DNA of 64,000 nt from Vulcanimicrobiota bacterium (GCA_963812135.1 CAWETU010000005.1:1-64000), one strand, 5' to 3'; positions 11,809-22,462 are shown, numbered from the stretch's first letter. The notes: a model not told the origin generated them from the letters alone. A program made the numbers and translations.

Positions 11809-13037
11809 CGCGCTCCTCCTTGGCGGTCACCTCAGCGGCCAGCTTGCCGGCCTTGAGCAAAATGTCGAGCGGTTCGCCAAGCGCCGTCTGGCGCGCGCTC
11901 GTGACCACTCGGCCCGCCTCGTCGAACACGATCGCGTAGCCCCGGGCCAGGGTTTGATACGGTCCGAGCGCGCGCAAGCCCAGCGGTCGCTGTGGACAGC
12001 CGGCCGCGACGCTCTTCCTGCGAACGGACGAACGTCTGTCGCAGACGAGTCTGCGCTTCGCGCGTCCGCACCCGCAAGTCAGCGAGGCGGCGGCGCGGAT
12101 CGTTGCGACGCAATCCGCCGGACAGCTCGTCGACCCGCTGGCTGGCGGTCATCAGCGCGAGTCTTGTGCTCCGACCGAGACGCTGTGCTAAGTCGTTGAG
12201 ACGCTCAAGCATCTTCACGCGCTCGCCGGCGACCAGCACAGCGGCGGCGGTCGGCGTCGCAACCCGGCGGTCCGCGACGAAATCTGCGATCGTGACATCG
12301 GCCTCATGACCGACAGCGCTGATGACCGGCCGCGCGCACGCGACAATCGCGCGCGCGACGATCTCCGTGTTGAACGCCCACAGATCTTCGAGCGATCCGC
12401 CGCCGCGCGTGACGACCACCGCGTCCACATTGAGCCGACCGGCCCGCCGGATCGCCGCCGCCAATGCCGGCGCTGCCGCTTCGCCTTGGACCGGCGCGTG
12501 CACGATGGTGATGCTCACATGCGCGCCGCGCGCACGCGCGGTGGTCACGAAATCGTGCAGCGCCGCGCCGTCGCGGCTGGTGACGATGGCGATCTCGCGT
12601 ATGAACGCAGGGATCGGGCGCTTGCGCGCTTCCTCGAACAGACCCTCGGCAAGCAGCTTCGCCTTGAGCTGCTCGAACAGGCGGAACAAGCGCCCGCGCC
12701 CGACCGGCACCGCTTCGAGCACGCTCAACTGGTATTCGCTGCGCTTGGCATACGTGCGGACCTCGGCAAGCACTTCGATCGCCGCTCCGTCGACGCAGAT
12801 GTCGGCGATATAGGAAGCCGCTTCGCTTGTCGACCAGCACAGGCAACGGACGACCGCGAATTGGTCTTTGAGGTCGAAATACGTATGACCGCTGGCGGCG
12901 ACGTGCCGCACGTTCGAGACTTCGCCCGTCACCCGCACGGGGAATGGAAAGACGTCGTGCAGCGCCCCTTCGACCGCTCGCGCGAACTGCGAGACGGTCA
13001 GGGCGGCCGGACTAGGGAGAAGTGGTAGGTTGAGCAC
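11777..13037 (-). CDS. xseA: Exodeoxyribonuclease VII large subunit (frameshift ~11980)
   Basis: GEVSN, GHTYFDLKD, RGGGSLEDLWAFN, SAVGHEAD, TPTAAA; C-terminal LARGYAIV lies in another frame. Confidence 0.93.
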
Positions 13038-15123
13038 TGCTCGGAGCAACCGGTGACGCGCTCGCATCTGCGGCGGGCGCAGTCGTCGAAGGTGGCGCCT
13101 GCGAGCCTGCGTCTTGCGAGCTGACCGCGGGCGGCGACGGCGACGGTTTGGACACGTTGCACATCGCGAGCGGCGCGGTGCCCGGCAAGAAGAATTCTTC
13201 GTGGCCGCCCGAACCCGCCGGCGCGCGATAGTTCCCGCCAGCGCACACTAAGACTTTCTCGACGTCGGGCGGGATGACAAAATCCTCCGGCTTCACGCCG
13301 GCGAGCGCTAGCTTCATGAAACGCGCCCACGTGCGCGCAGGCACGTTGCCGCCGTACGATTCGTACATCGGCGTGTAATCGTCGTTGCCCACCCATACGG
13401 CGGCCGTGAGCTGCGGCACGAAGCCGACGAACCACGCGTCTCGAAAACTCGACGTCGTGCCGGTTTTGCCGGCTGCCGGGCGGCCGATGATCGCGTTGGG
13501 ATAACCCGTGCCCTCGTTGATGACGCTTTCCATCAGCGACGTCATGACGTATGCCGCACCCGACGACATTGCGACGTGGCGTTGGGGATATCGCTCGTCG
13601 AGCACGATGGACCCGTAGCGATCGGTCACATAACGGATGGCGGTCGGTGGCGTGTACACGCCGCCGGCGGCGATCGTCGAGTAGCCCGATACCATGTCGA
13701 GCGGCGACACAACCGCCGTGCCGAGCGCGAGCGACAGGTCGGCTTCGAGATCTTCGGTGATGCCCATCGCGTGCGCGTACTGGATGACGTTGTCGATGCC
13801 GACGTCGTATGCGAGCTTGACCGCGACGACATTCCGTGAAAGCGCGAACGCTTTGCGCAGCGGCATTGACCCCAAAAAGCGATGGTCGTCGTCGACCGGG
13901 CTGTACTCTGTTCCGTCGCCGGCCGGATACGTGACGGGCGAATCCGAGTAGATCGCAGACACCGGCGTGCCGCGATCGATGGCCGTGGAGTAGACGTATC
14001 CTTTGAACGAAGAGCCGGGCTGGCGGCGCGCTTGCCACGCGCGGTTGAACTGGTTTTGCGCCGAGAACCCGATGCCGCCGACCATCGCCAGGATCTCACC
14101 GGTGCGCGGATCCTCGGCGACGAGCGCGCCCTCGTGCATCCCGTAGCCTTCCTTGCGCCCTTGCTCCACGAGCTCGGTGACAGTCCGCTGAGCGATGACC
14201 TGCAGTTTGGGGTTCAGCGTGGTGTACACCGTCAGCCCGCCGTGCAGCATCTGATCCGAACCGAGATTTTTCTCCAGTTGCGCGATGACGTACGTGGTGA
14301 AGTACGGATATTTGTAGGCCTCGACGCCCGGCGGCGCGACCGCCACATAGCGCAGCTGGGTCGCCGCGGCCTCGTTCGCTTGGTCGAGCGTGATCTCGCC
14401 GCGCGACACCATGCGGTCCAGCACGCGCCGCTGACGTTCTTTGGCGGCCCGCTCGTCCACATAGGGTGAGTACAGCGACGGCGCGGCGACGACGCCGGCG
14501 AGCATCGCGGCCTCCGGCAGCGTCAGCTTCGAAGCGGGCTTACCGAAGTACGCTTCGCTCGCCGCCTGCACGCCGTATGCGCCGGCGCCGAAGTAGATCA
14601 GATTGAGGTAGCGTTCGAGGATCTCGTCCTTGGTGTAATAGCGCTCGAGCTCGATCGCGAGGAGCGCTTCTTGCACCTTGCGCGCGATGGTGCGATTGCG
14701 GTTGAGGAACAGCGTGCGCGCCAGCTGTTGCGTGATCGTGCTTGCGCCTTGGATCTGCTCGTGCTTGAAGTCCGCCACGGCGGCGCGGATGATGCTGCGC
14801 ATGTCGACGCCGCGATGCTCGTAGAAGCGCTCGTCTTCGCTGGCCACGATCGCCTGCTTCATTGCGGGCGAGATGTCGGTGATCGCGACGTAGGTGCGAT
14901 TCTGATCGTAGATGCGGGCGAGCACGGTTCCGTCGCGCGCCAAGATGCGCGTCGTCGTCGTGGCCGAGTCGACTTCGGAGAGACGGTCGACGTCGGGCAG
15001 GTTCTGCCCGAACGCGCTCACGACGAAGATCGCGCCGATCACAACCGCGAGCAGCACGAACATGACCGCGCCGATGGCGACGAGCGCGGCGATCCGCCAG
15101 CGGCGGGCGACGCGCGGCTTCAC
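13012..15123 (-). CDS. Class A penicillin-binding protein (PBP1A family)
   Basis: TM anchor; EDERFYEHRG, GASTITQQL, RKVQE, SxxK (SSFK), SRN, KTG. Confidence 0.95.
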   Translation of the reverse strand: MKPRVARRWRIAALVAIGAVMFVLLAVVIGAIFVVSAFGQNLPDVDRLSEVDSATTTTRILARDGTVLARIYDQNRTYVAITDISPAMKQAIVASEDERFYEHRGVDMRSIIRAAVADFKHEQIQGASTITQQLARTLFLNRNRTIARKVQEALLAIELERYYTKDEILERYLNLIYFGAGAYGVQAASEAYFGKPASKLTLPEAAMLAGVVAAPSLYSPYVDERAAKERQRRVLDRMVSRGEITLDQANEAAATQLRYVAVAPPGVEAYKYPYFTTYVIAQLEKNLGSDQMLHGGLTVYTTLNPKLQVIAQRTVTELVEQGRKEGYGMHEGALVAEDPRTGEILAMVGGIGFSAQNQFNRAWQARRQPGSSFKGYVYSTAIDRGTPVSAIYSDSPVTYPAGDGTEYSPVDDDHRFLGSMPLRKAFALSRNVVAVKLAYDVGIDNVIQYAHAMGITEDLEADLSLALGTAVVSPLDMVSGYSTIAAGGVYTPPTAIRYVTDRYGSIVLDERYPQRHVAMSSGAAYVMTSLMESVINEGTGYPNAIIGRPAAGKTGTTSSFRDAWFVGFVPQLTAAVWVGNDDYTPMYESYGGNVPARTWARFMKLALAGVKPEDFVIPPDVEKVLVCAGGNYRAPAGSGGHEEFFLPGTAPLAMCNVSKPSPSPPAVSSQDAGSQAPPSTTAPAADASASPVAPSSAQPTTSP

Positions 15124-15620
15124 GCGCCGAGCCCCGCTGGGGGCGTTTTGGCGAACGTGTCGAGCACGGCGTTGACGAAATCGCCGCTGCGTTCGGTCGA
15201 CAAGCGCTTGGCCAATTCGACGGCGTGATTGATGACCTCGGTCGTCTCCATCTCCGGCCGATAGCGCAGCTCCCACGCGGCGAGGTCCAAGATCAGCCGG
15301 TCGATGCCCGAAAGCCGTTCGATCGTCCAGCGCTCGAGCAGCGGTGAGATCTGCGCCTGCAATTCTTCCTTATGTTGGAGCGTACCGTGCACCATCTGTT
15401 CGACGAGCTGCCAATCCGTCGCGCGCGGCGCGTCTGCGCGGCGGTCCATCGCGGGCAGCGACGGTTCCCACGGGTCCTCGGCTGCCGCTTCATCGCCGCG
15501 GCCGAACACGCCAACGCCGTCGCGAGCCTGTTTCAGCGCCTCGTCGAGCGGCGCTTTGCCGATGTCGACTGCGTACAGCACTTCGAGCGCGACCCGGTGT
15601 TCGCGCCGTTCCTTGGCCAT
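15120..15620 (-). CDS. nusB: Transcription antitermination factor NusB
   Basis: WTIERLSGIDRLIL, VINHAVELAK, FVNAVLD. Confidence 0.93.
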   Translation of the reverse strand: MAKERREHRVALEVLYAVDIGKAPLDEALKQARDGVGVFGRGDEAAAEDPWEPSLPAMDRRADAPRATDWQLVEQMVHGTLQHKEELQAQISPLLERWTIERLSGIDRLILDLAAWELRYRPEMETTEVINHAVELAKRLSTERSGDFVNAVLDTFAKTPPAGLGA

Positions 15621-15625
15621 CGGCT

Positions 15626-16990
15626 TTAGCTGCTCACGGCGGCGGGCTGCAGCAAGCATTCGCGCAGCCAGGTCACGTACGTGTCGCCCGCCTCGAACGG
15701 GGCCGAGTTGAGGATCCGCTCGTGCAGTCCGACCGTCGTGGCGACGCCGTGGATCTCGGTCTCAACCAGCGCGCGGCGCATGCGCATGATCGCGCTTGGC
15801 CGGTCGCGATCGCTGGCGATGATCTTAGCGAGCATCGAATCGTAGTACGGCGGCACTTCTGCGCCGGAATAGATGTGTGAATCGACGCGGATGCCAGGTC
15901 CGCCGGGCAGCACGACTGTGCCGAGCTTGCCTGACGCCGGGCGGAAGCCGTTCTCCACATCTTCTGCATTGATGCGGCATTCGATCGCATGTCCGCGGGC
16001 TTTGATATCTTCCTGGCGGACCGTGAGCCGCTCCCCAGCGGCGATCCGCACTTGCCAGCGGACGAGATCGATGCCGTATACCGCTTCGGTGACGGGGTGC
16101 TCGACCTGGATCCGCGTGTTCATCTCGATGAAAAAGAATTGTCCGTCGGGCGCGACGAGGAATTCGAGCGTGCCCGCGTTTGCGTACTCGGCGGCGCGCG
16201 TCGCCTTAACGGCGGCAGAGCACAACTGCGCGCGGACGTTCGGATCGAGATTCGGCGCGGGCGATTCCTCGAGCAGCTTCTGATGTCCGGGCTTTTGCGT
16301 CGAACAGTCGCGCTCGCCGACATGGATGATGTGTCCGAATTCGTCACCCAGCACCTGGACTTCGATGTGCCGCGGGCGCTCGAGCAGCTTTTCGATGTAG
16401 ACGCGGCCGTCGGCGAATGCCGCCTGCGCTTCGCCGCGCGCGGCGGCGAGCCCAGCGGTGAGGTCGGCCTCGCGGCCGACGATGCGCATCCCCTTGCCGC
16501 CGCCGCCTGCAGTAGCTTTGATCAACACCGGGTAGCCAGCGTCCGCGCAAAAGCGCTTCGCCTGCTCGTCCGATTCGATGATGCCTGATCCCGGCACGAC
16601 CGGCACGCCGGCTTCCTGCATGCGCCGCTTCGCCGACGCCTTGTCGCCCATGAGCGCGATCGCTGAAGCCGGCGGACCGATGAACTTGAAGCCGTGCGAC
16701 GCGCAGATCTCCGCGAAGCCCGCGTTTTCGGATAAGAACCCATAGCCCGGATGGATGGCGTCGACGCCCGTGACTTCGGCCGCCGAGATGATGTTGGGGA
16801 TGTTGAGATACGAGCGCGTCGCCGGCGGTGGCCCGACGCAGAACGCTTCGTCAGCAAGCCGCACGTGGAGCGCATCGCGCTCAGCGTCGGAGAAGATCGC
16901 GACCGTGCCGACTCCTAACTCGCGGCAGGCGCGGATGATGCGCACGGCGATCTCGCCGCGGTTGGCGATGAGGACCTTATCGAACACCAA
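15626..16990 (-). CDS. accC: Acetyl-CoA carboxylase biotin carboxylase
   Basis: KVLIANRGEIA, HPGYGFLSEN, GGGGKGMR, EMNTRIQVEHPVTE. Confidence 0.98.
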   Translation of the reverse strand: MVFDKVLIANRGEIAVRIIRACRELGVGTVAIFSDAERDALHVRLADEAFCVGPPPATRSYLNIPNIISAAEVTGVDAIHPGYGFLSENAGFAEICASHGFKFIGPPASAIALMGDKASAKRRMQEAGVPVVPGSGIIESDEQAKRFCADAGYPVLIKATAGGGGKGMRIVGREADLTAGLAAARGEAQAAFADGRVYIEKLLERPRHIEVQVLGDEFGHIIHVGERDCSTQKPGHQKLLEESPAPNLDPNVRAQLCSAAVKATRAAEYANAGTLEFLVAPDGQFFFIEMNTRIQVEHPVTEAVYGIDLVRWQVRIAAGERLTVRQEDIKARGHAIECRINAEDVENGFRPASGKLGTVVLPGGPGIRVDSHIYSGAEVPPYYDSMLAKIIASDRDRPSAIMRMRRALVETEIHGVATTVGLHERILNSAPFEAGDTYVTWLRECLLQPAAVSS

Positions 16991-17032
16991 TACTCCGATG
17001 CACGGTTGCTTACGGTCAGCGCTGCGTCGCGA

Positions 17033-17575
17033 TTACAGTCGAGGCGGCTCGATGGTTTCAGGGATGGGCGCCGGCTCCGGTCGCGCCGCCGGTTTGGGCG
17101 TCTCCGCCCGATCGACGACGAAGAGCGGCTCGCCGAAATCGACGACCTGGCCGTCCTCAGCGGCCTGCGCGATCAACACGCACGGCGCGCCGCTGCGGAC
17201 GGGATGTTTGAGCTTGAGCGCTTCGATATGCCCAAGGACAGTGTCTTCGTCGAGGCGCTCGCCCGGCGATGCGGCGCCCGGCACGCTGGTGAAGACGCCG
17301 ACGACGTCGGCACTGATGACTTCGTACGGGTGGCCGGATTCGGTGGTCGGCATCAGCTGCTGGCGCGCGCCGCGCAGCGTCCTGGCGACGGGCGCGCGCG
17401 TGGGCGCCGACGCTTCTGCCGCCTTGACCAAGCGGATCGAACCTTCACTCGTGCGCACGCGCAATTCCATAAGCGCGGTCGCGGCGAACGCTTTCGCAAG
17501 CGGCGCGACGCGCTCGGTCACGAAGCGTGAGAAAGACGCGTCGGTCGTACCGTTGCCGTCAGTGCGTTCGGGCAT
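17033..17575 (-). CDS. accB: Biotin carboxyl carrier protein (divergent)
   Basis: Biotinyl-domain pattern VISADVVGVF..LGHIEALKL..DGQVVDFGEPLF; directly upstream of accC. Confidence 0.8.
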   Translation of the reverse strand: MPERTDGNGTTDASFSRFVTERVAPLAKAFAATALMELRVRTSEGSIRLVKAAEASAPTRAPVARTLRGARQQLMPTTESGHPYEVISADVVGVFTSVPGAASPGERLDEDTVLGHIEALKLKHPVRSGAPCVLIAQAAEDGQVVDFGEPLFVVDRAETPKPAARPEPAPIPETIEPPRL

Positions 17576-17966
17576 CGGAAGCCTGATTCTCCGCCGGGCG
17601 GAGACCGGCCTTGCCTGGGTTGGCGCGCGTCAGCTGGACCTCGGGCGTGGCGCCCTCGAGTAGCCGCGGCTTGCGCACGCGAATGGTCGCCGCTGCGATG
17701 CGCGTGTCCGAGAACAGTGCGTCCAGACACGCCGACGCAAGCGCTTCCAGCAGCGTGAAGGATCGTGTTTGCGCGACCCGCTTGCACGTCGAGTACACCG
17801 CCGCGTAATCGACCGCATCCGCCAGATCGTCTGAGCGCGCGGCCGGCCGCGTATCGACGTCGAGCTCGACGTCGATGTCGATCGGTTGTGTCGAGTCGCG
17901 TTCGCCGGGCAGCGCGCCGACGTTCGCAAAGAAGCGCATGCCAAGAACGCGGATGACGTCAGCCAT
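17559..17966 (-). CDS. folB: Dihydroneopterin aldolase
   Basis: G...ER...Q...IDVEL, SDDLADAVDY, LLEALA, VRKP. Confidence 0.93.
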   Translation of the reverse strand: MADVIRVLGMRFFANVGALPGERDSTQPIDIDVELDVDTRPAARSDDLADAVDYAAVYSTCKRVAQTRSFTLLEALASACLDALFSDTRIAAATIRVRKPRLLEGATPEVQLTRANPGKAGLRPAENQASDARTH

Positions 17967-18804
17967 GCCGGCAGATCGCGTCCGCAACGCGCGCGACCGC
18001 CACCATCTCGGCGACGTCGTGCACGCGCACGATGTCGGCACCTGCGGCGATCGACAGCGCCACCGAAGCGGCGGTGCCAAACGCACGATGCTCGACTGGC
18101 AGGCCAGTGATCTTGCCGATGAACGATTTGCGCGACGTGCCGACCAGCAATGCGTATGGCAGCCTGTTGCGGAACTCGCGCAATCGCCTGAGGATCTCAA
18201 TGTTGTGCTCGGGCGTCTTGCCGAATCCGATGCCGGGATCCACGATGATGTGCTCGGCAGGCACGCCGGCTTCGATCGCGTCCTGCGCGGCGCGCGCCAG
18301 CGAACCGATCACTTCGTCGACGACGTCGCCCGCATAATCGGGCGCCGCGCGGTTGTGCATCACGACGAGCGGCACGCGCGCGCGCGCCGCTACATGAGTG
18401 ACGGCCGGAATCGCGCCCCATACGCAGTTGATCATGTCGGCACCGAGCTCGATCGCACGATCGGCGACCGACGGCTTGAACGTGTCGATCGAGATAGGGA
18501 CGTCCAGCGCAGCCCGCAACGCAGAGATCGCGGGCAGCACGCGAGCGGCCTCTTCTTCGTCTGAGACCGGCTTGTGGCCGGGCCTGGTCGACTCGCCGCC
18601 GACGTCAATGATCTCGGCGCCCGCGTCCACCATGGCGCGCGCACGCTCAACGGCTGCATCGGTGTCGCGCGCGATGCCGTCGCCCGAAAACGAATCGGGC
18701 GTCGCGTTGATGATGCCCATGACGAAGGTGCGCGTCCCCCACGCGAACGTGCGGCCGCGTATCGTCAGCGGTGCGAGCTGTGCGCTGCGCTCAGAGCCGA
18801 GCAT
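17959..18804 (-). CDS. folP: Dihydropteroate synthase
   Basis: MGIINATPDSFSGDG, GGESTRPG, DPGIGFGK, SRKSFIG, VRVHDV. Confidence 0.97.
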   Translation of the reverse strand: MLGSERSAQLAPLTIRGRTFAWGTRTFVMGIINATPDSFSGDGIARDTDAAVERARAMVDAGAEIIDVGGESTRPGHKPVSDEEEAARVLPAISALRAALDVPISIDTFKPSVADRAIELGADMINCVWGAIPAVTHVAARARVPLVVMHNRAAPDYAGDVVDEVIGSLARAAQDAIEAGVPAEHIIVDPGIGFGKTPEHNIEILRRLREFRNRLPYALLVGTSRKSFIGKITGLPVEHRAFGTAASVALSIAAGADIVRVHDVAEMVAVARVADAICRHG

Positions 18805-20128
18805 GGTCGTGCGCGCCCGCGTCCTCGACGAACCAATCGCGCAGCGCGCCGACCAAGAACGTCGAGCCGGTGACGACGACGAGATCGCCCGCACCAGCGG
18901 TGCGGCGCGCGACCGAAAGCGCTTCGACGGGCTCCACGACCGCGCGCGCAGCCAAGCCGAGCGATTGGGCGATGTTGGCCAAGCGTTGGGGTGCGGTGGC
19001 CTCGCGATGCGAGACGTCGAACGTCGTGAAGATGAAGTGGGCGGGCAATCGTGACCACGCTTCGATCATGGCGGCCGCGTCCTTGCTCTCAGAAATCGCG
19101 ACGACGAAGACAAAGCGGCGATCGGGGAAATGGCGCAGCAGTGCGCCGGTCAGCGCGGCGGCTTTTTCGGCGTTGTGGGCGACGTCGAACAAGACAGAAG
19201 GTCGCGAAGGATGGAATTCCATGCGGCCCGGCAGCGAAAGCTCGGATAGCCCGACAGCCACGTCTTGTGCAGTTACTGGAAATCGCGGCGCGATCTCCTC
19301 AAGGGCGAGGATGGCGGTCGCGGCGTTGAGCAGCTGGAACTCGCCCATCAACGGAATCGTCAGATCGTAACGCTGACGCGGCGTCGTGACCGAAAACGTC
19401 TGCGAGTACGCGATCTCGCCGGGCTTGCTCTCGATCGTCGCGAGCTCTTGCACGCGGCGCAGCGGAGCGTTTTGCCGCAGCGCGGCTTCGCGGATCACGC
19501 GCAACGCGTCGGGGTGCTCGGCGGCCGTCACGACCGGCGTCGCCGGCTTGATGATGCCCGACTTGTCGAGCGCGATCGCCTCGATCGTCTCGCCCAGCAC
19601 GTCGGTGTGGTCGAAGCCGACGTTGGTCAGCACACTCGCCACCGGTTCGAGCAGGTTCGTGCCGTCGAGCTTGCCGCCGATACCTACCTCGACGACCGCG
19701 ATGTCGACGCGTTCTTGTTCGAAGTAGCGGAATGCGAGCGCGACGAGCAGTTCGAAATAGGACGGCCGGCCGAATTCGCCCATTTCCATCTCGTCGATGG
19801 CCGGCAGCATGCTTTCCATGACTTCGGCGAAGCGCGCCTCGTCGATCGCGGCGTTGCCGATCCGCGCGCGCTCGGTGACTGAGCGCAAATGCGGCTTGGT
19901 GTGCAGACCTACTTTGAGGCCGGCGGCGGAGAGCGCCGCCGCGATCATCGACGCGGTCGAACCCTTTCCTGCTGTGCCTCCTACGTGCACGCTGGCGTAC
20001 TTCCGCTGCGGGTTGTCCAAGGCGTCGAGGAACGTTCGCATCCGATCGAGCCGGCCGGGATGACGCCGCGACACGCCCTCGTGTTGCGAGGCAGCCAAGA
20101 TCCGGGAAGCGAGCGCGAAGTCCATCAA
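18791..20128 (-). CDS. folC: Folylpolyglutamate/dihydrofolate synthase
   Basis: HVGGTAGKGST, EVGIGGKLDGTN, DHT..LG, DVAHN, TGSTFLVG. Confidence 0.96.
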   Translation of the reverse strand: MMDFALASRILAASQHEGVSRRHPGRLDRMRTFLDALDNPQRKYASVHVGGTAGKGSTASMIAAALSAAGLKVGLHTKPHLRSVTERARIGNAAIDEARFAEVMESMLPAIDEMEMGEFGRPSYFELLVALAFRYFEQERVDIAVVEVGIGGKLDGTNLLEPVASVLTNVGFDHTDVLGETIEAIALDKSGIIKPATPVVTAAEHPDALRVIREAALRQNAPLRRVQELATIESKPGEIAYSQTFSVTTPRQRYDLTIPLMGEFQLLNAATAILALEEIAPRFPVTAQDVAVGLSELSLPGRMEFHPSRPSVLFDVAHNAEKAAALTGALLRHFPDRRFVFVVAISESKDAAAMIEAWSRLPAHFIFTTFDVSHREATAPQRLANIAQSLGLAARAVVEPVEALSVARRTAGAGDLVVVTGSTFLVGALRDWFVEDAGAHDHARL

Positions 20129-20143
20129 ACCACCTTACGTTTT

Positions 20144-20626
20144 TTAGTGTTCGCCGGACGCTCCGCTGAGCAGTTCCAGCGCGTGCGGCAGCACGCCGGC
20201 GATCACTGCAAGCGTTTCGCGGGTGCCGTTCGGACTTCCCGGCAAGTTGACGATAAGCGTGCGGCCGCGCACTGCCGCGATCGCACGGGAAAGCATCGCA
20301 GTCGGCACGTGCGCGAGGCTTGCGGCTCGCATCGCCTCTGCGATCCCGGGGACGTCGTAATGCGCGATCGCGCGCGTCGCTTGCGGCGTGACGTCGCGCA
20401 GGCCCAATCCGGTCCCGCCGCTGGTCAGCACCAGATCCACCGCGCCTTTGTCGCAGAGATCTCGCAGGAGCGACTCGATGAGCGCCTGCTCGTCGGGGAG
20501 AATGCGCTCGAGCGCGATGTCGAATGCAGCCGGCAATTCGGCGCGCATCGCGGCGAGGCAACGGTCCTCGCGCTCGCCCGAAGCCGCCTTGTCGGAGAGA
20601 ACGACGAGCGCGACGCGGAAGCTCAC
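20144..20626 (-). CDS. mog: Molybdopterin adenylyltransferase MogA/MoaB family
   Basis: SD...G.RED, LTSGGTGLGLRDVTPQAT, MLSR, NLPGSP. Confidence 0.92.
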   Translation of the reverse strand: MSFRVALVVLSDKAASGEREDRCLAAMRAELPAAFDIALERILPDEQALIESLLRDLCDKGAVDLVLTSGGTGLGLRDVTPQATRAIAHYDVPGIAEAMRAASLAHVPTAMLSRAIAAVRGRTLIVNLPGSPNGTRETLAVIAGVLPHALELLSGASGEH

Positions 20627-21130
20627 GCGCGCATCCGTTTGAACACGCCGCTTCTGCCGCCGCTCTTCTCGAGCAGGCGCAACGCGTCGATCGACATCGC
20701 GCTTGTCGATCGCTTTGCACATGTCGTAGATCGTGAGCGCGGCGACGGCTGCGCCGGTCAGCGCCTCCATCTCGACGCCCGTCGCTCCGGTGCACGCCGC
20801 TTCGCACCGGATGTGGACCGTTCGCGGCGCGCGCAGTTCGAATGTCAGCGCGACGTGCGTCAGCGCAAGCGGGTGGCACAACGGGATGAGTTCTGAGGTG
20901 CGCTTGGCGGCCGCGATGCCGGCGATCTGCGCGGTCGTCAGGACATCGCCTTTGGCGATCGAGCCGGCGCGCAACGCGCGCAATGCCTGCGGCGACATGC
21001 GCACCGACGCTTCCGCGACGGCACGCCGCGCGGTGGCGCGCTTGTCGCCGACGTCCACCATGCGCACAGACCCGTCAGGCGCGACGTGCGTGAGGCGTTG
21101 GACGGGTCGCGCGGCGCGGCGAGCGGTCAT
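20623..21130 (-). CDS. moaC: Cyclic pyranopterin monophosphate synthase MoaC (frameshift ~20700)
   Basis: LTH..MVDV, LIPLCHPL, TGVEMEAL, YDMCKA; LLEKSGGRSG C-terminus in the adjacent frame, ending 20623. Confidence 0.93.
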
Positions 21131-21155
21131 CGTCTGCCACATTCGGGAGGGGATG

Positions 21156-21185
21156 AAAAAGTCCCCGAGCGTTTTGCTCGGGGAC
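21156..21185 (-). terminator. Intrinsic terminator after TonB/ExbD cluster
   Basis: GTCCCCGAGC-AAAAC-GCTCGGGGAC followed by TTTTT. Confidence 0.8.
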
Positions 21186-21209
21186 CGGTCGAATAAAGTC
21201 GACCGCTAC
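21186..21209 (-). repeat. GTAG-type REP palindrome
   Basis: Minus GTAGCGGTCGACTTTATTCGACCG. Confidence 0.85.
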
Positions 21210-21313
21210 TCGGCCAGGGTCCCACGCGGGCCGCGCGGGAATCGCGGGCAGTGATGTGGGTCCGCCCGCGATTGTTCCGCACCGTCGATGTCGCGACGTG
21301 CCGACGGGCCTTG

Positions 21314-21733
21314 TCAGTACGTTACGAATCCGACATCGTTATCGCCCGCTTGGCGAGCCGCGTCCAGGACCTTGATCACGAGGTCGTAGGCGGCGTCCTT
21401 GTCGGCGATCAGGGAGATGTGCGGCACGCGTTTGTGCAACGTGCGCGCGCGCACCGCGTTAGCGACCGACGCGTACAGCATCGCCCGGCTGGCCGGCGAG
21501 CCAGCGACCGTGATGCGGCCCTCGCGCGAGATGACGATCTCGAGGGCCGGCGCGTGGTCCACCGATCTGACCGTTCGTTTAGGCGTCGGTCCGAGTTGTT
21601 TTTGAAAGCCCGGCGGAACTTCGAGCGCCGCCAGAATCATGAAGATGATGAGCAACACCAGCAACACGTCGGTGAACGGCGTGATGTTGATCTCGGCCAT
21701 CACGGAGTCGTCGGTAGTCCGTCTGATCGTCAT
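21314..21733 (-). CDS. exbD: ExbD/TolR family protein
   Basis: AEINITPFTDVLLVLLIIFMI, ADKDAAY..V..VLD. Confidence 0.93.
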   Translation of the reverse strand: MTIRRTTDDSVMAEINITPFTDVLLVLLIIFMILAALEVPPGFQKQLGPTPKRTVRSVDHAPALEIVISREGRITVAGSPASRAMLYASVANAVRARTLHKRVPHISLIADKDAAYDLVIKVLDAARQAGDNDVGFVTY

Positions 21734-21745
21734 CGTGCGCCCTCC

Positions 21746-22462
21746 TCACGAGTCCAGCGAGAAGACGTAGATGACCTGATAGAGGTCGGTTTGGTGGCTT
21801 GCCGTGGGCGGACAGGCGTACGTGCTCGCGCGCGCCGCGGCGACCGCAGCGTTGTCGAGCGTCGAGTTGCCGGACGACTCGCCGACCCGTGCCGAGACGA
21901 CTTGACCATCGGGCCCGATCGCCACGACGACGATCGTCGTGCCCTGGATGCCTGCGCTCTTGACGCTCTCCGGATAATCCGGTTGTATCCTGCGCACCAT
22001 GCGGCACGGGGCGAACACCGGCTCAGGGGGCTCCGTCGGCACCACAGTCTGACTGCCGTTGCCTGGTCCAGGCCCGGTGCTGGGTCCTGGTCCTGGTCCC
22101 GACGTGTCACCCGGTCCAGTTCGTGTCGGAGGCTGGACGATTGGCGGCTGCGGTCTCGAGACATCGGGCGACGTCCGGACCTGGGGCTGCCGAAGCGGCT
22201 GCGCGGGCCGAAACACCGGCTTCGGAGTCGGCGTCGGCGGGAACGTGGGCGCAGGCGTCGGGGTCTCGAGCCCTCCGATGATCAGCGTCTCGCGCGGCTG
22301 AGGTTTGTCGACGACCTGCGGCAAGGGCCGATACAGCGCGCCGAGCCCGAAGTGGACGAGCGCGGACAGGACGATGAAGGCAAGCGTCAACAGCACGATC
22401 GCTTTGCGTTCGCGCTGGGAGTACTCAAGCAGGGACTCGGGCGTGCGAGCAGTGGGAGCCAT
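21746..22462 (-). CDS. tonB: TonB family energy transducer
   Basis: TM helix with SxxxH, Pro-rich linker, PDYP..GIQG..SSGNSTLDNAA C-domain. Confidence 0.92.
   Translation of the reverse strand: MAPTARTPESLLEYSQRERKAIVLLTLAFIVLSALVHFGLGALYRPLPQVVDKPQPRETLIIGGLETPTPAPTFPPTPTPKPVFRPAQPLRQPQVRTSPDVSRPQPPIVQPPTRTGPGDTSGPGPGPSTGPGPGNGSQTVVPTEPPEPVFAPCRMVRRIQPDYPESVKSAGIQGTTIVVVAIGPDGQVVSARVGESSGNSTLDNAAVAAARASTYACPPTASHQTDLYQVIYVFSLDS

Noticed and set aside
17033..17575. AccB with EALK instead of EAMK as non-biotinylated
   Set aside because: The acceptor lysine is retained; the substitution alone is weak evidence.
20144..21142. Apparent MoaC-MogA fusion
   Set aside because: The conserved MoaC tail LLEKSGGRSG is in another frame and ends at a GTGA overlap with mog, so the fusion results from an indel.
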